This document shows, one piece after another, positions 14,117 to 25,318 of a stretch of DNA of 64,000 nucleotides (the stretch's first letter is position 1; every line of letters begins with the position of its first letter). Position numbers and translations under genes: made by a program. The notes beneath the pieces are model-generated. The model searched no databases and was not told the origin of the DNA. It saw only the letters and a list, made by a program, of their open reading frames with translations. The DNA is from the human T2T-CHM13v2.0 reference genome, Homo sapiens: assembly GCF_009914755.1 (NCBI RefSeq), contig NC_060928.1, one strand, 5' to 3'.

Positions 14117-14227
14117 GAAGTTCCTGTGAATCAAATGCATAAAATTTAGTCCAAGAATTTTTTGACAACTATGAAGTTCCTATGAATGAAATGCATAGAA
14201 TTTAGTCTGAGAATTTTTGACAACTAT
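14117..14227. repeat. Diverged 2 x ~55-bp tandem duplication
   Basis: gaagttcctRtgaatSaaatgcataRaatttagtc...gaatttttgacaactat at 14117-14172 and 14173-14227. Confidence 0.9.
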
Positions 14228-14785
14228 TATATTTAAACCACTCAAAATATTAATAATCCCCTCGCTTTTTCTCCTCTTCCTCCTCCTCCTTCTTCATTTT
14301 ATTTATGTATTTATTTTTAGAATTTTATTCCAATCGTTTTTAGGGAACTTCTTTTTTTCTTTTCTTCTTCGCCACAATCCATATTGCCATACCATTACAT
14401 TTCAGATATGAATGTAGAAATTCTAATGAACTGACACTAAAGATTGATTATATAATATATATGTTTATAGATGTAGAGACAGACATAGATACCTCTATTA
14501 AAATGCATAAGTAATAAACATCTTCTGTTAAGGAAAATTACATGAGCCTGTGTTTTCTTTAGTTGAGTTAGAGCCAGGTGGGTACTATTGGGCAAAATCC
14601 CCATTTTAGAGATAACACTAGGTTTGTGTTTAGTTGTTTATATGAAATACATGCAACATATACAAATGAAATTATGCTTAGTGTGTATACATATACTATT
14701 TTATTTATTTATTTTTGGCCAGGACTCTAAGGTCAACTATTTTATTTTTTAAAATAGGGAATACATGAACAAAATCCACAAATCC

Positions 14786-15082
14786 AGCCAGGCAAAGTGG
14801 CTCATGCCTATAATTCCAGCACTTTGCAAGACTGAGGCAGGCAGATCACTTGAGGTCAGGAGTTCGAGATCAGCCTGGCCAACATGGTGAAACCTCATCT
14901 CTGGAATAATACAAAAATCAGCCAGGCATGGTGTCGGGTGCCTGTAATCCCAGCTACTCAGGAGGCTGAGGCAGAAGAATTGCCTGAACCCAGGAGGCAG
15001 AGGTTACAGTGAGCCAAGATCATGCCCCTGCACTCCAGCCTAGGTGACAGAGTAAGACTCTGTCTCAAAAATAAAAATAAAA
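14786..15082 (+). mobile_element. AluS SINE
   Basis: gatcacttgaggtcaggagttcgaga... with dimeric structure. Confidence 0.95.
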
Positions 15083-15675
15083 TATCTACAAACCCTCCAG
15101 TCCTTCCAATTGTTGCCAGTTTCCTCTATATCTATATTTGGAAAATTCAAAAAACAATCATTGGATGCTTGTTATTTCACATACTACCCTTGGTGCTGGA
15201 AGCAGAAAAATTATAAGACTTGGAGTCCCCACCCTTGAAAAACTCACAAATTATGACAGAAAGTTAAATATATAAAACAGTTACAGTTCAGTTATTCATT
15301 CAATAATCATTCTTTGGGTGCCTTAAATGTATCAGGCTCAATATAACCAGTACAATAGTTGAAACATTAGCTAAGTGCTGTAGAGTTGCCTTGATCTTGT
15401 ACTCAATGAGAAGTAGGCTTTTCCCAAGGCAGGGAATGGGAGACAGAGGAAATTCTAGGCTAAGAAAACACCTGATAGACTTTGATAACATAATTTCAGA
15501 GGATATCTAGTTCAGTGTTTTCCATGTAAAAATTTTCAGGCTAGCAAGGCAGCTTTCTCTTTTCTCATTCACCCTTTCCCCCAGCCACTGCTTGGCAGCA
15601 ATGGTTTTAGCTTGGTTATGTTTTCTTCCTATTACTTCTCTGGTCCGTACTATCCATATTATCATGTGACTCAAT

Positions 15676-15765
15676 GGACATTGATATAGTCCAGCACTCT
15701 CATGTTATCAATGAGAAGACTGAGGCCCAGAAAAATAAAAGATATGGCCAAAGTCACCAGTTACG
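15676..15765 (-). mobile_element. MIR fragment
   Basis: tagtccagcactctcat...atgagaagactgaggcccag...gccaaagtcac. Confidence 0.55.
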
Positions 15766-16231
15766 TTTTTTAAAAATTAATTTGTTTTATTTTTTAGAGA
15801 TGTTTTAGGTTCACAGCAAAATCAAGCAGAAAATACAGAGTTCCCATATATCCTGTCCCCCCTACAATCAACATCCCACAACACAGTGGTACATTTGTAC
15901 AATCAATGAACCTACATTGATGACACATCATTATTACCCAAAGTCCATAGTTTACATTAGGATTCACTCTTAGTATGTACATTCTATCAGTTTGGACAAA
16001 TATATGACATGTATCCATCATTGTAGAACACACAGAAGAGTTTAACTGCCCTAAAATTCCTCTGTGCTCAGCCTATTCATGCCTTCCTCCCCCAAAACTG
16101 TGGCAACCATTAATCTTTTGATTGTCTCCATAGTTTTGCCTTTTCCAGAATGTCATATAGTTGGAATCATATAGTATGTAGCCTTTTCAGACTGGCTTTT
16201 TTCACTCAGTAATATGCATTGAAGTGGCTTC

Positions 16232-16595
16232 TGATATGGTTTGGCTGTGTCCCCACCCAAATCTCATCTTGAATGTAGTTCCCATAATCCCCACGTGTCA
16301 TAGGAGGGACCCAGTAGGAAGTGATTTGATCATGGGGGTGGTTCCCCCATGCTGTTCTCATGATAGTGAGTGAGTTGTGATGTTGAGATGACATGGTTTT
16401 ATAAGTGTCTGGCATTTCCCTGCTGGCACTCATTCTCTGTCCTGCTGCCCTGTGAAGAGGTGTCTTCCATCATGATTGTAAGTTTCCTGAGGCCTCCCCA
16501 CCCATGCGGAACTGTGAGTCAATTAAGCCTCTTTCCTTTGTAAATTACCCAGTCTCAAGTATTTCTTCACAGCAGCGTGAGAACAGACTAATACA
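16232..16595 (+). mobile_element. THE1D-like MaLR solo LTR inserted in the L1
   Basis: tgatatggtttggctgtgtccccacccaaatctcatcttgaa...gaacagactaataca. 5-bp flanks gcttc / acttc. Confidence 0.9.
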
Positions 16596-18324
16596 ACTTC
16601 CATGCCTTTTCTTGGCCAGATAGGTCATTTGTTTTTAGCATTGAATAATATTCCATGATCTGGATATACCACATTTAATTATCCAATCAACTACTAAAGG
16701 ATATATTGGTTGTTTGCAAGTTTTGGAGAGTGTGCTTGGTTTTGTAAGAAATGAACAAACTGTTTTTCAAAGTGCACCACTCTGCATTACCAGCAGCAAT
16801 AAATGAAAGTTCCTGTTGCTCTACATTCTCACCAGCATTTGGTACCATCATGTTTTGGATTTTGGCCATTCTAATAGTTGTGTAGTGGTATCTCATTGTT
16901 TTAACTTGCATTTCCCAAATTATATATAATGTTGAATATCTTTTCATATGCCTACTTGTCATTGTGTATCTTCCTTGGTGTAGTGTCTGACATCTTTGGC
17001 CCAATGCTTAATCAAGTTGTTAATTTTCTTATTGTTGAGTTTTAGGTATTCTTTGTATACTTTGGATAACAGTTCTTCATCAGCTGTGTCTTCTGCAAAT
17101 ATCTTCTAGTCTGTGGCTCGTCTTTTCATTCTCTTGACACTGTCTTTTGCAGAGCAAAAGATTTTAAGTTTAATAAATCCCAGCTTATCAATTCTTTCTT
17201 GATCATATTTATTGACAAAGGCACGGATGATGTGTTTAGTGTTGTATCTAACAAGTCATTGCCAAAGCCAAGGTCACTGAGATTTTCTCTTGTGTTATCT
17301 TCCAGTTTTATAGTTTTACACTTTATATATGGGTCTCTGACCCATTTTGAGTTAATTTTTGTGAACATTGTGAGGTGTGTGTCTAGACTTATTTTTTTGT
17401 ATGTGGATGTCCAGTTGTTCCAGCATTATTGAAAAGAATATCTTTGCTCCACTGTATTGCTTTTGCTCCTTTGTTGAAGATCAGCAAGCTATAGTTATAT
17501 TGATTTGTTTCTAGACTTTCTATTCTGTTCCATAGATATATTTGTCTATTCTTTCACCAACACCACACTTTCTTGATTATTGTGGCTTTCTAGTAAGTCT
17601 TGAAGTTGAATAGCATCAGTCCTCTGACTTTGCTCTTCTCCTTTAATATTCTGGATATTTTTTTCCATATAAACTTTGGAATCAGTTTGTCAACTCTAAG
17701 TTATGCACAAAAAAACTTACTAAGATTTAATTGCAGTTGAATTGAATCTGTAGATCAAGTTGGGAAGAACTGACATCTTGAAAATATTGATTCTTCTCAT
17801 CCATGAGTAATCTCTCCATTTACACATTTCTTGTTTCATATCTTAAATCAGAGTTTTGTAGCTTTAAACCTAAGTACTTCATTTTTTACGTGCTAATGCA
17901 TATGATGGTGCATTTTTATTTTCAAATTAATGTGATGTTAATTGCTGCTATACAGAAAAGTGATCAATTTTTGCATATTAAACTTGTTTCTTGTAAACTT
18001 GCTATAATTATAATAATTATAATTATGATGATTATCATTAATTACTTATTAATTCCAGGAGGTTTTTTTGTCAGTTCTTTCAGATCCTATGCAGACAATC
18101 ATGTCATGCACGAACAGAGACAGTATTATTTCTTCATTCCCAATCCATATACATTTTATTTGCCTTTCTTGTCTTATTGAATTAGCTAGTACTTCAAGTA
18201 CAATGATGAAAAGCAGTGGTAAGACAGGACAGCCTGGCTTTGTTCCTGATCTTAGTGGGAAAGCTTCAAGTTTCTCACTATGAAGTATAATGTTAGCTGT
18301 AGGGGTTTTTTTGTAGATTTTTAA

Positions 18325-18470
18325 ATTTTTTTTTTTATTTATTTTTTTAGAGATGGGGGTCTAGCTATGTTGGCCAAGTTGATCTTGAACTCCTGGCCCC
18401 AAGCATCCCACCCTTCTTGGCCTCCTAAAGTGCTAGGATTACAGGCATGAGCCTGTAACTGTGCCAGCTC
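18325..18470 (-). mobile_element. FLAM Alu monomer inserted in L1 ORF2
   Basis: Single arm; duplicated flank tttttttgtagatttttaa at 18306-18324 and 18482-18500. Confidence 0.85.
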
Positions 18471-18793
18471 CCCCCTCCACCTTTTTTTGTAGATTTTTAA
18501 GAATTGAGAACATATCTCACTGTTCCTAGTTTACTGAGAGGTTTTCATTATGAATAGGTGTTAGATTTTATCAGATGTCTTTTCTGCATCTATGAAAATG
18601 GTCATGTAAATTTTCTTCTTTAGCTTGTCAATGTGATGGATTACATTAATTGATTGTCGAACCAGCCTTACATACCTGGGATAAACCCCACTTGGCCGTG
18701 GTATATAATACTTTTTATACATTGTTGGATTTGATTTGCTAATACTTTGTTGAAGATTTTTGTCTCTGTGCTCATGAGAGATTTGATCTGTAG

Positions 18794-19580
18794 GTTGTTG
18801 AAAGGCAGACATAATGTTCTGGGTACAAAAGAACTGCAAAAAAATAGGCCATTAGCGATGTGGTGGTCAGGTGTCAAGGGAGAGGAAGCATTCCGTAGTC
18901 CCATGACAGGGTCTCAGTCTTTCAGTAAGTCTGTGCCTTTGGACTGGAACTGTTGTCACCATTGCTTCTCAGCCCTCCCTCCCTTGGGTGGGAGAGAATG
19001 GCTGGAAGGGGCTAGAGATGAGTATTTCCCTCCCCCCAGGTAGATTAGGCTCTGACAAAATTCCAGCAAGTTAGGATCTGGTAAAAGTTTCTCCTGAGGG
19101 CGGAACTTGTTAAGAAAAACAAAATGCTCCGATGTATTTCGAAATGGCTCCTTTTCCTCTCTCCCTGCCGAAGCACAAAGAAATATTTCTCCTATATACA
19201 CCAGGAAGAACTGGTAGAGCTCTTAAAACTCACAAAAGTGTGAAGGCCCCCCGACTGAGTCTCCGTGGAGTTTTTATCTCTCAGACTTGGCCACACGGAG
19301 CCTTCAGCAATTCATCAATTACGGTTCCGGTTTACCTCCCTGGCACTGGTTCCAGCAGAGGTTTCTGCAGGTGGGTTTCTGCTCCACGGATACAGAGAAT
19401 TGTGATTCTATGTATCTGCCCATTTATCTCTCCAAATTTGGGGGCAGCAGCTTTCCCTGTGACCTCCCTTCTTTGAGGGACCTAAAGAAGTTGTTGATTT
19501 CCAGTTCATTCAGTGTTTTTTTCTTGTTCTTAGGACAGAGTGGAGACTTCTAAGCTCCTTAAATGGCAGATCAGAAACTA
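18794..19580 (-). mobile_element. L1MC/L1MD-type 5' region abutting mid-ORF2
   Basis: aataggccattag...ggaagcattc...ggtctcagtcttt...gtatttccctcccccc...aggctctg...ggagacttctaagctcctt resembles L1MC/MD 5'-end consensus as I recall it. Confidence 0.6.
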
Positions 19581-19596
19581 TGGAAAAAAACACACA

Positions 19597-19885
19597 GTTT
19601 ATTTCATTTTAGATAGGGTCTTGCTCTGTCATCCAGGCTGGAGTGCAGTGACATGACCAAGGCTCCCTGCAACCTCAAACTCCTGGGCTCAAGCTCCCAC
19701 CTCAGATCCCCAGGTAACTGGGACTACAAGTACATACCACCGTGCCTGGCTAATTTTATAATTTTTTGTAGAAACATGGTCTCCATGTGTTGCCTAAGCT
19801 GGTCTCAAACTCCTAGACTCAAGTGATCCTCCTGCCTCAGCCTCTCAAAGTGCTGGGATTAGAGGTGTGAGCCACTGCACCTGTC
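19597..19885 (-). mobile_element. AluJ SINE
   Basis: agatagggtcttgctctgtc...ctcctgggctcaag...gtgagccactgcacc. Confidence 0.92.
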
Positions 19886-19950
19886 CTCCCCATAGTTTTT
19901 AGATAAACATAATCTACAAATTGTGAGTCCACTGACAGTTTTTTCATTAC

Positions 19951-20003
19951 CACACATATACACACATGCGTGCGTGCACACACACACACACACACACACA
20001 CAC
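19951..20003. repeat. (CA)n microsatellite
   Basis: Interrupted CA run. Confidence 0.9.
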
Positions 20004-20052
20004 TCCTTTCTCTTCTTCACTTTTGGTTAGTCCCTTGAAGAGAGGTTCAGGC

Positions 20053-20310
20053 ACTGAACCTTTCTATGTTTTGATGTTCTTAGACACACAATTCCTTACC
20101 ATTGTGTTACAACTGCCTACAGTACTTAGTACAGTCACATGCTGTACAGGTTTGTAGCCTAGGAGCCATAGGCCCTACCATATAGCCCTGATGTATAGTA
20201 GGCTGTACTATCTAGGTTTGTGTAATTGCTCTCTGTGATGTTTACACAATGATGAAATTACCTAAGGAGGCATTTCTCAGAATGTATCTCTGCCAAGCGA
20301 TGCACAACTA
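20053..20310 (+). mobile_element. Tigger3a-like TcMar element, 3' part
   Basis: cttaccattgtgttacaactgcctacagta...catgctgtacaggtttgtagcctaggagc...gcatttctcagaatgtatc. Confidence 0.85.
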
Positions 20311-20862
20311 CACATATGTACCTACATATATATGTGTGTTGTGTATATACACACGTGTGTGTATATACACATGTATTTGCTTGTATGTATACATATATGT
20401 AACAAATAGGTAAATTATCTAGAATGTTATAAAGTAATAAGAGCTATGAAAATATATTTGTGACAAAGCAGGGTATGTGGGATCAGTACTGGTGGTTGGA
20501 AGAAGGGTCATTTGCAACTTTAAAAAAGGTAGTCAAATGAAACTTCCTTGAGAAAAGGAAATTTGAATAAAGACTTCAAGGAAGTGCTAAAAAGAAATGA
20601 GGGAGTGCATCAAAACTGTTCTGAGCAAGTGAATAGCCAGTGTCCGGTACCAAGTATGCCTGATGTGTTCAAGGGACAGCAAGCAGACCAGGATTCCTGA
20701 GGTGTTATAAAAATGGAGGAAGGTTCTAGAAGTTGAGGTCAAAGGGGTAACAGAGGATCAGATCATGCAAGACCTAGTAAGATATTATAGGACCATGGCT
20801 TTCTCTCTGACTGACTTGTATACGCATTGTAGGATTTTGAGCAAAGGCATGCCATGTTCTGA

Positions 20863-21178
<316 letters not shown>

Positions 21179-21375
21179 TCTGACTCGCATTTTAAAAGGT
21201 GCACTCTGGCTTCTGGATTGAGAATATAGACAATAAGGAGTCAGGTGTAGATATAATGAGAGTAGTTGGGCTATTGCAATAACATAGGCAAAATAACGTT
21301 GGTGGCTAAGGATAATACCTATGGAAGTGGTAAGACTAGGTTAGACTCTGGATATGCTTTTAATGTAGAGCTAAA

Positions 21376-23739
21376 GACCACTTCAATAAAGACCACTGCC
21401 ATAAAGCTAATATCACAATAACATGAGTCACATGGTTTCTTTTGGTCTCCCAGTGCATATAAAAGTTATGTTTACACTATACTATTAAACATTTAATAGC
21501 ATTATGTCTAAAAAACAATGTACATACCTTAAGTTTTAAATTTTATCATTAAAAAATTCTAAAGATCATTGGAGCCTTCAGCAAGCCATAATATTTTTGC
21601 TGATGGAGTATCTTGCGTCAGTGTTCATGGCTACTGATTAACCAGGGTGGTAGGTGCAGAAGGTTGGGGTGATTGTGGCAATTTATTAAAATAAGACAAC
21701 AGTGAAGTTGCCCCATTGATTACGTCTTCCTTTCACAAGAGATTTCTCCATAGTGTGTGATGCTATTTGATAGCATTTTACCTACAGTAGAGCTTCTTTC
21801 AAAATTGGAGTCAATCCTCTCAAACCTTTCCACTGCTTTATCAACTAAGTGTATGGAATATTGTAAATCCTTTATTGTCATTTTGACAATGTTCACAACA
21901 TCTTCACCAGGAGTAGTTTCCCTCTCAAGAAACCACTTTCTTTGCTCTTCCATAAGAAGCAACTCCTTATCTGTTCAAGTTTGATCATGAGATTGCAGAA
22001 ATGCAGACTCATCTTCAGCCTCCACTTCTATTTCTCTTTAATTTCTACTATGTCTGCAGCAACTTACTCCACTGAAGTCTTGAAATGCTCAAAGTCATCC
22101 ATGAGGGTTGGAATCAACTTCTTTCAAACTCCTGTTAATGTTGACCTCCTCCCATGAATCTCAAATGTTCTTAATTGGATCTAGAATGGCAAACCTTTTC
22201 CAGAAGGTTTTCAACTGACTTTGTCCAGATCCATCAGAGAATAAAAATCTATGGCAGTGACAGTCTTGCAAAATGTATTTCTTAAATAATAAGACTTGAA
22301 AGTTGAAATTACTCCTTGACTGATGGACTGCAGAATGGATGTGGTATTAGCAGGTGTGAATATCTGCGCATCTCCATCAGAGCTCTTGGGTGACCAGGTA
22401 TGTTATCAGTGAACAGTCATATTTTGAAAGGCATCATTTTTTTCTGAGCAGTAGGTCTCAACGGTGGTCTTAAAATTTCCAATAAACCATGGTGTAAACA
22501 GATGTGCTGTCATCCAGGTTTTATTCCTTTTACAGAACACAGGCAGAGTAAATTTAGCATAATTTTAAGGGCCTTAGGAATTTTGGAATGATAAATGAGC
22601 ATTGGCTTCAACTTCAAGTAACTAGCTACATTAGCTAGTTAAAAGAGACTCAGCCTGTCCTCTGAAGCTTCAAAGCCAGGCACTGACTTGTCTCTAGCTA
22701 TGAAAGTCTGAGGTGGCATCATCTTCCCATGCAAAGCTGTTTTCATCTACATTGAAAATCTGTTTTTTAGTGTAGTCTTCACCAATGACCTCAGCTAGAT
22801 CTTGTGGATAACTTGTTGCAGCTTCTCCGTCAGCACTTGCTGTTTCACCTGGTACTTCTATGTCATGGAAGTGGCTTCTTTCCTTAAACCAACTTCTTGA
22901 ACCAACCTCTGCTAGCTTCAGATTTTTCTTCTGCAATTTCCTTGTCTCTCTCAGCCTTCTTAGAATTGAAGAAATGTATGGCCTTGCTCGGGACTAGGCT
23001 TTGGCTTAAGGGAATTTCATGGCTGTTTTGTTGTTATTGTTGTTGTTGTTGTTTGTTTTTTGTTTGTTTTTTCCTATCCAGACCACTACAACATTCTCTG
23101 TATCAGCAGTGAAGCTGTTTCACTTTTTTATCATTCATGAGTTTTCACTGGAGTCGCACTTTATATTTCCTTTAAGAACTTTCCCTTTTTATTCTTAACT
23201 TGACTAACTTTGGCACAAGAGACTTAGCTTTTGACTTATTTTGCTTTGTACCCGCCTTCCTCACTAAGCTTAATCATTTCTAGCTTTTGATGTAAGTGAG
23301 AGATGTGCAACTCTTCCTTTCACTTGAACACTTAGAGACCATTGCAGTGTTAATAACTAGCCTAAAGACAATATTCTTGTCTCAGGGACTAGATGGGCCT
23401 GAGGAGAGGGAGAGAGATGGGGAAGCAGCCAATCAGTGGAGTAATCAGAACACACACAACATTTATTGATGAAGTGTGCAGTCTTATATAGGCATGGCTC
23501 ATGGCACCCCAAAACAATTACAATAGTAACATCAAAGATCACAGGTCACCATAACAGATGTAATAATCATGAAAAATGTGAAATGTTGCTATAATTACCA
23601 AATGTGACACAGAGACACGAAGTGAGCACACGCTGTTGGAAAAATGGTACCATTAGACTTACTCGACTCAGGGTTACCACAAACCTTCAATTTGTAAAAT
23701 ATGTGATTTCTGCAAAGCACAATAAAACAAGTACAACTC
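21376..23739 (-). mobile_element. Near full-length Tigger1 DNA transposon with a dead pogo-type transposase
   Basis: Subterminal cccagtgcatataaaagttatgtttacactatact and tgtgacacagagacacgaagtgagcac. Peptide remnants [33 protein letters not shown]...QIFNVDE and EQRKWFLE...[22 protein letters not shown] match Tigger1/TIGD1-type transposase. Confidence 0.93.
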
Positions 23740-23818
23740 TATTTCCTGATGAATTAGAGGAGAAGAGTGACAGCGTGGGGGAGTCAAATAAGACCACCAA
23801 GGGTTTTGTCTGGAATAA

Positions 23819-24274
<456 letters not shown>

Positions 24275-24601
24275 TAATTTCATATGTGAATCTGAAGTTA
24301 AGAAGGGAAAGAGAGATCTGAACTGGAAATGTAAGTATAGGAGATGTCAGCATATAACCTGCACTTAAAGCCTCGAGACTAGAGTGTTGTTCACCAAGGG
24401 AGTGAGTCTAGAAAGATTAAGAAAGAACAAAGGCTGAGCCCTGGGGCAACATTAAAACTGTGGGAATAAGAATCAGTGAAGGAGGCTGAAAAGGCGTGGC
24501 CAGTATAGTAGAACAATCAGGAGAGAACGGTGTCCAGAAAGCCAAATGAAGGAAAGTGTGCAGGCGGAGAAAGTGAGAAGCTGTGACCTGATGGGTTCAA
24601 G

Positions 24602-25318
24602 TACGATAAGTCCCTTCCCACTTTTTTGCAGTTTCACTTCCTGATGTTTGAGTTCAACTGCAGTCAACTACAGTCTGAATATATTACATAGAAAGTTCCA
24701 GAAATAAACAGTTCATGAGTTTTAAATTGCACGCTGGTCTGAGGGGAGGGATGAAATCTCACTGTCCAGCTGGGACGGTGAATCTTCCCATTGCCCAGCG
24801 CATCCACGCTGTGTGTGCTACTCGCCCCTGCTGGGACGGTGAATCTTCCCATTGCCCAGCGCATCCACGCTGTGTGTGCTACTCGCCCCTGCTGGGACGG
24901 TGAATCTTCCCATTGCCCAGCGCATCCACGCTGTGTGTGCTACTCGCCCCTGCTGGGACGGTGAATCTTCCCATTGCCCAGCGCATCCACGCTGTGTGTG
25001 CTACTCGCCCCTGCTGGGATGGTGAATCTTCCCATTGCCCAGCGCATCCACGCTGTGTGTGCTACTCGCCCCTTCCATCTCGATGATCACATCAACTGTT
25101 GTGGTATCACAGTGCTGGTGTTCAAGTCACCCTTATTTTACTTAATGATGGCCCCCAGGTGTGCAAGTAGTAAGGCTAGCAATGCAGATCTGCCAAAGAG
25201 AAACCACAAAGTGCTTCCTTTAACACCGGATCCATAGGATTTGGTAATAATCCCAGTTTCAGGCATCTACTGGGGTCTTAAAACTTATTCCCTGTGGATA
25301 AGGGGAAATGCCACCGTA
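24602..25318 (+). mobile_element. MER44 (Tigger7-derived) MITE, TA-flanked, containing a VNTR
   Basis: ttccagaaataaacagttcatgagttttaaattgc...gtgttcaagtcacccttattttacttaatgatggcccc...tttcaggcatctactggggtctt...tggataagggg. TA at 24602 and 25317. Confidence 0.85.
24769..25073. repeat. Minisatellite/VNTR, 5 x 61 bp
   Basis: Unit gctgggacggtgaatcttcccattgcccagcgcatccacgctgtgtgtgctactcgcccct starting at 24769, 24830, 24891, 24952 and 25013. The only difference is C>T at 25020. Confidence 0.98.

Larger units (their letters stand above)
15775..18793 (-). mobile_element. L1MC-type LINE: 3' UTR plus decayed ORF2 (RT to C-terminus)
   Basis: 3' end ttttaggttcacagcaaaat...aatcaatgaacctacattga. ORF-track fragments match L1 ORF2: [50 protein letters not shown]...IDAEKTSDKI, TKINSKWVRD...KTIKLEDN, MRYHYTTIRMAKI. 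Confidence 0.92.

Noticed and set aside
16687-18904. Reverse-transcriptase-like ORFs as an active or novel RT system
   Set aside because: Decayed L1 ORF2 in several frames, interrupted by a FLAM.
21720-22936. Transposase-like ORFs as a domesticated TIGD gene
   Set aside because: Only ~80-aa pieces separated by stops and frameshifts inside an ordinary Tigger1 copy.
24769-25073. Regular direct repeats resembling a CRISPR array
   Set aside because: Head-to-tail units with no spacers, derived from MER44, in primate DNA with no cas genes.
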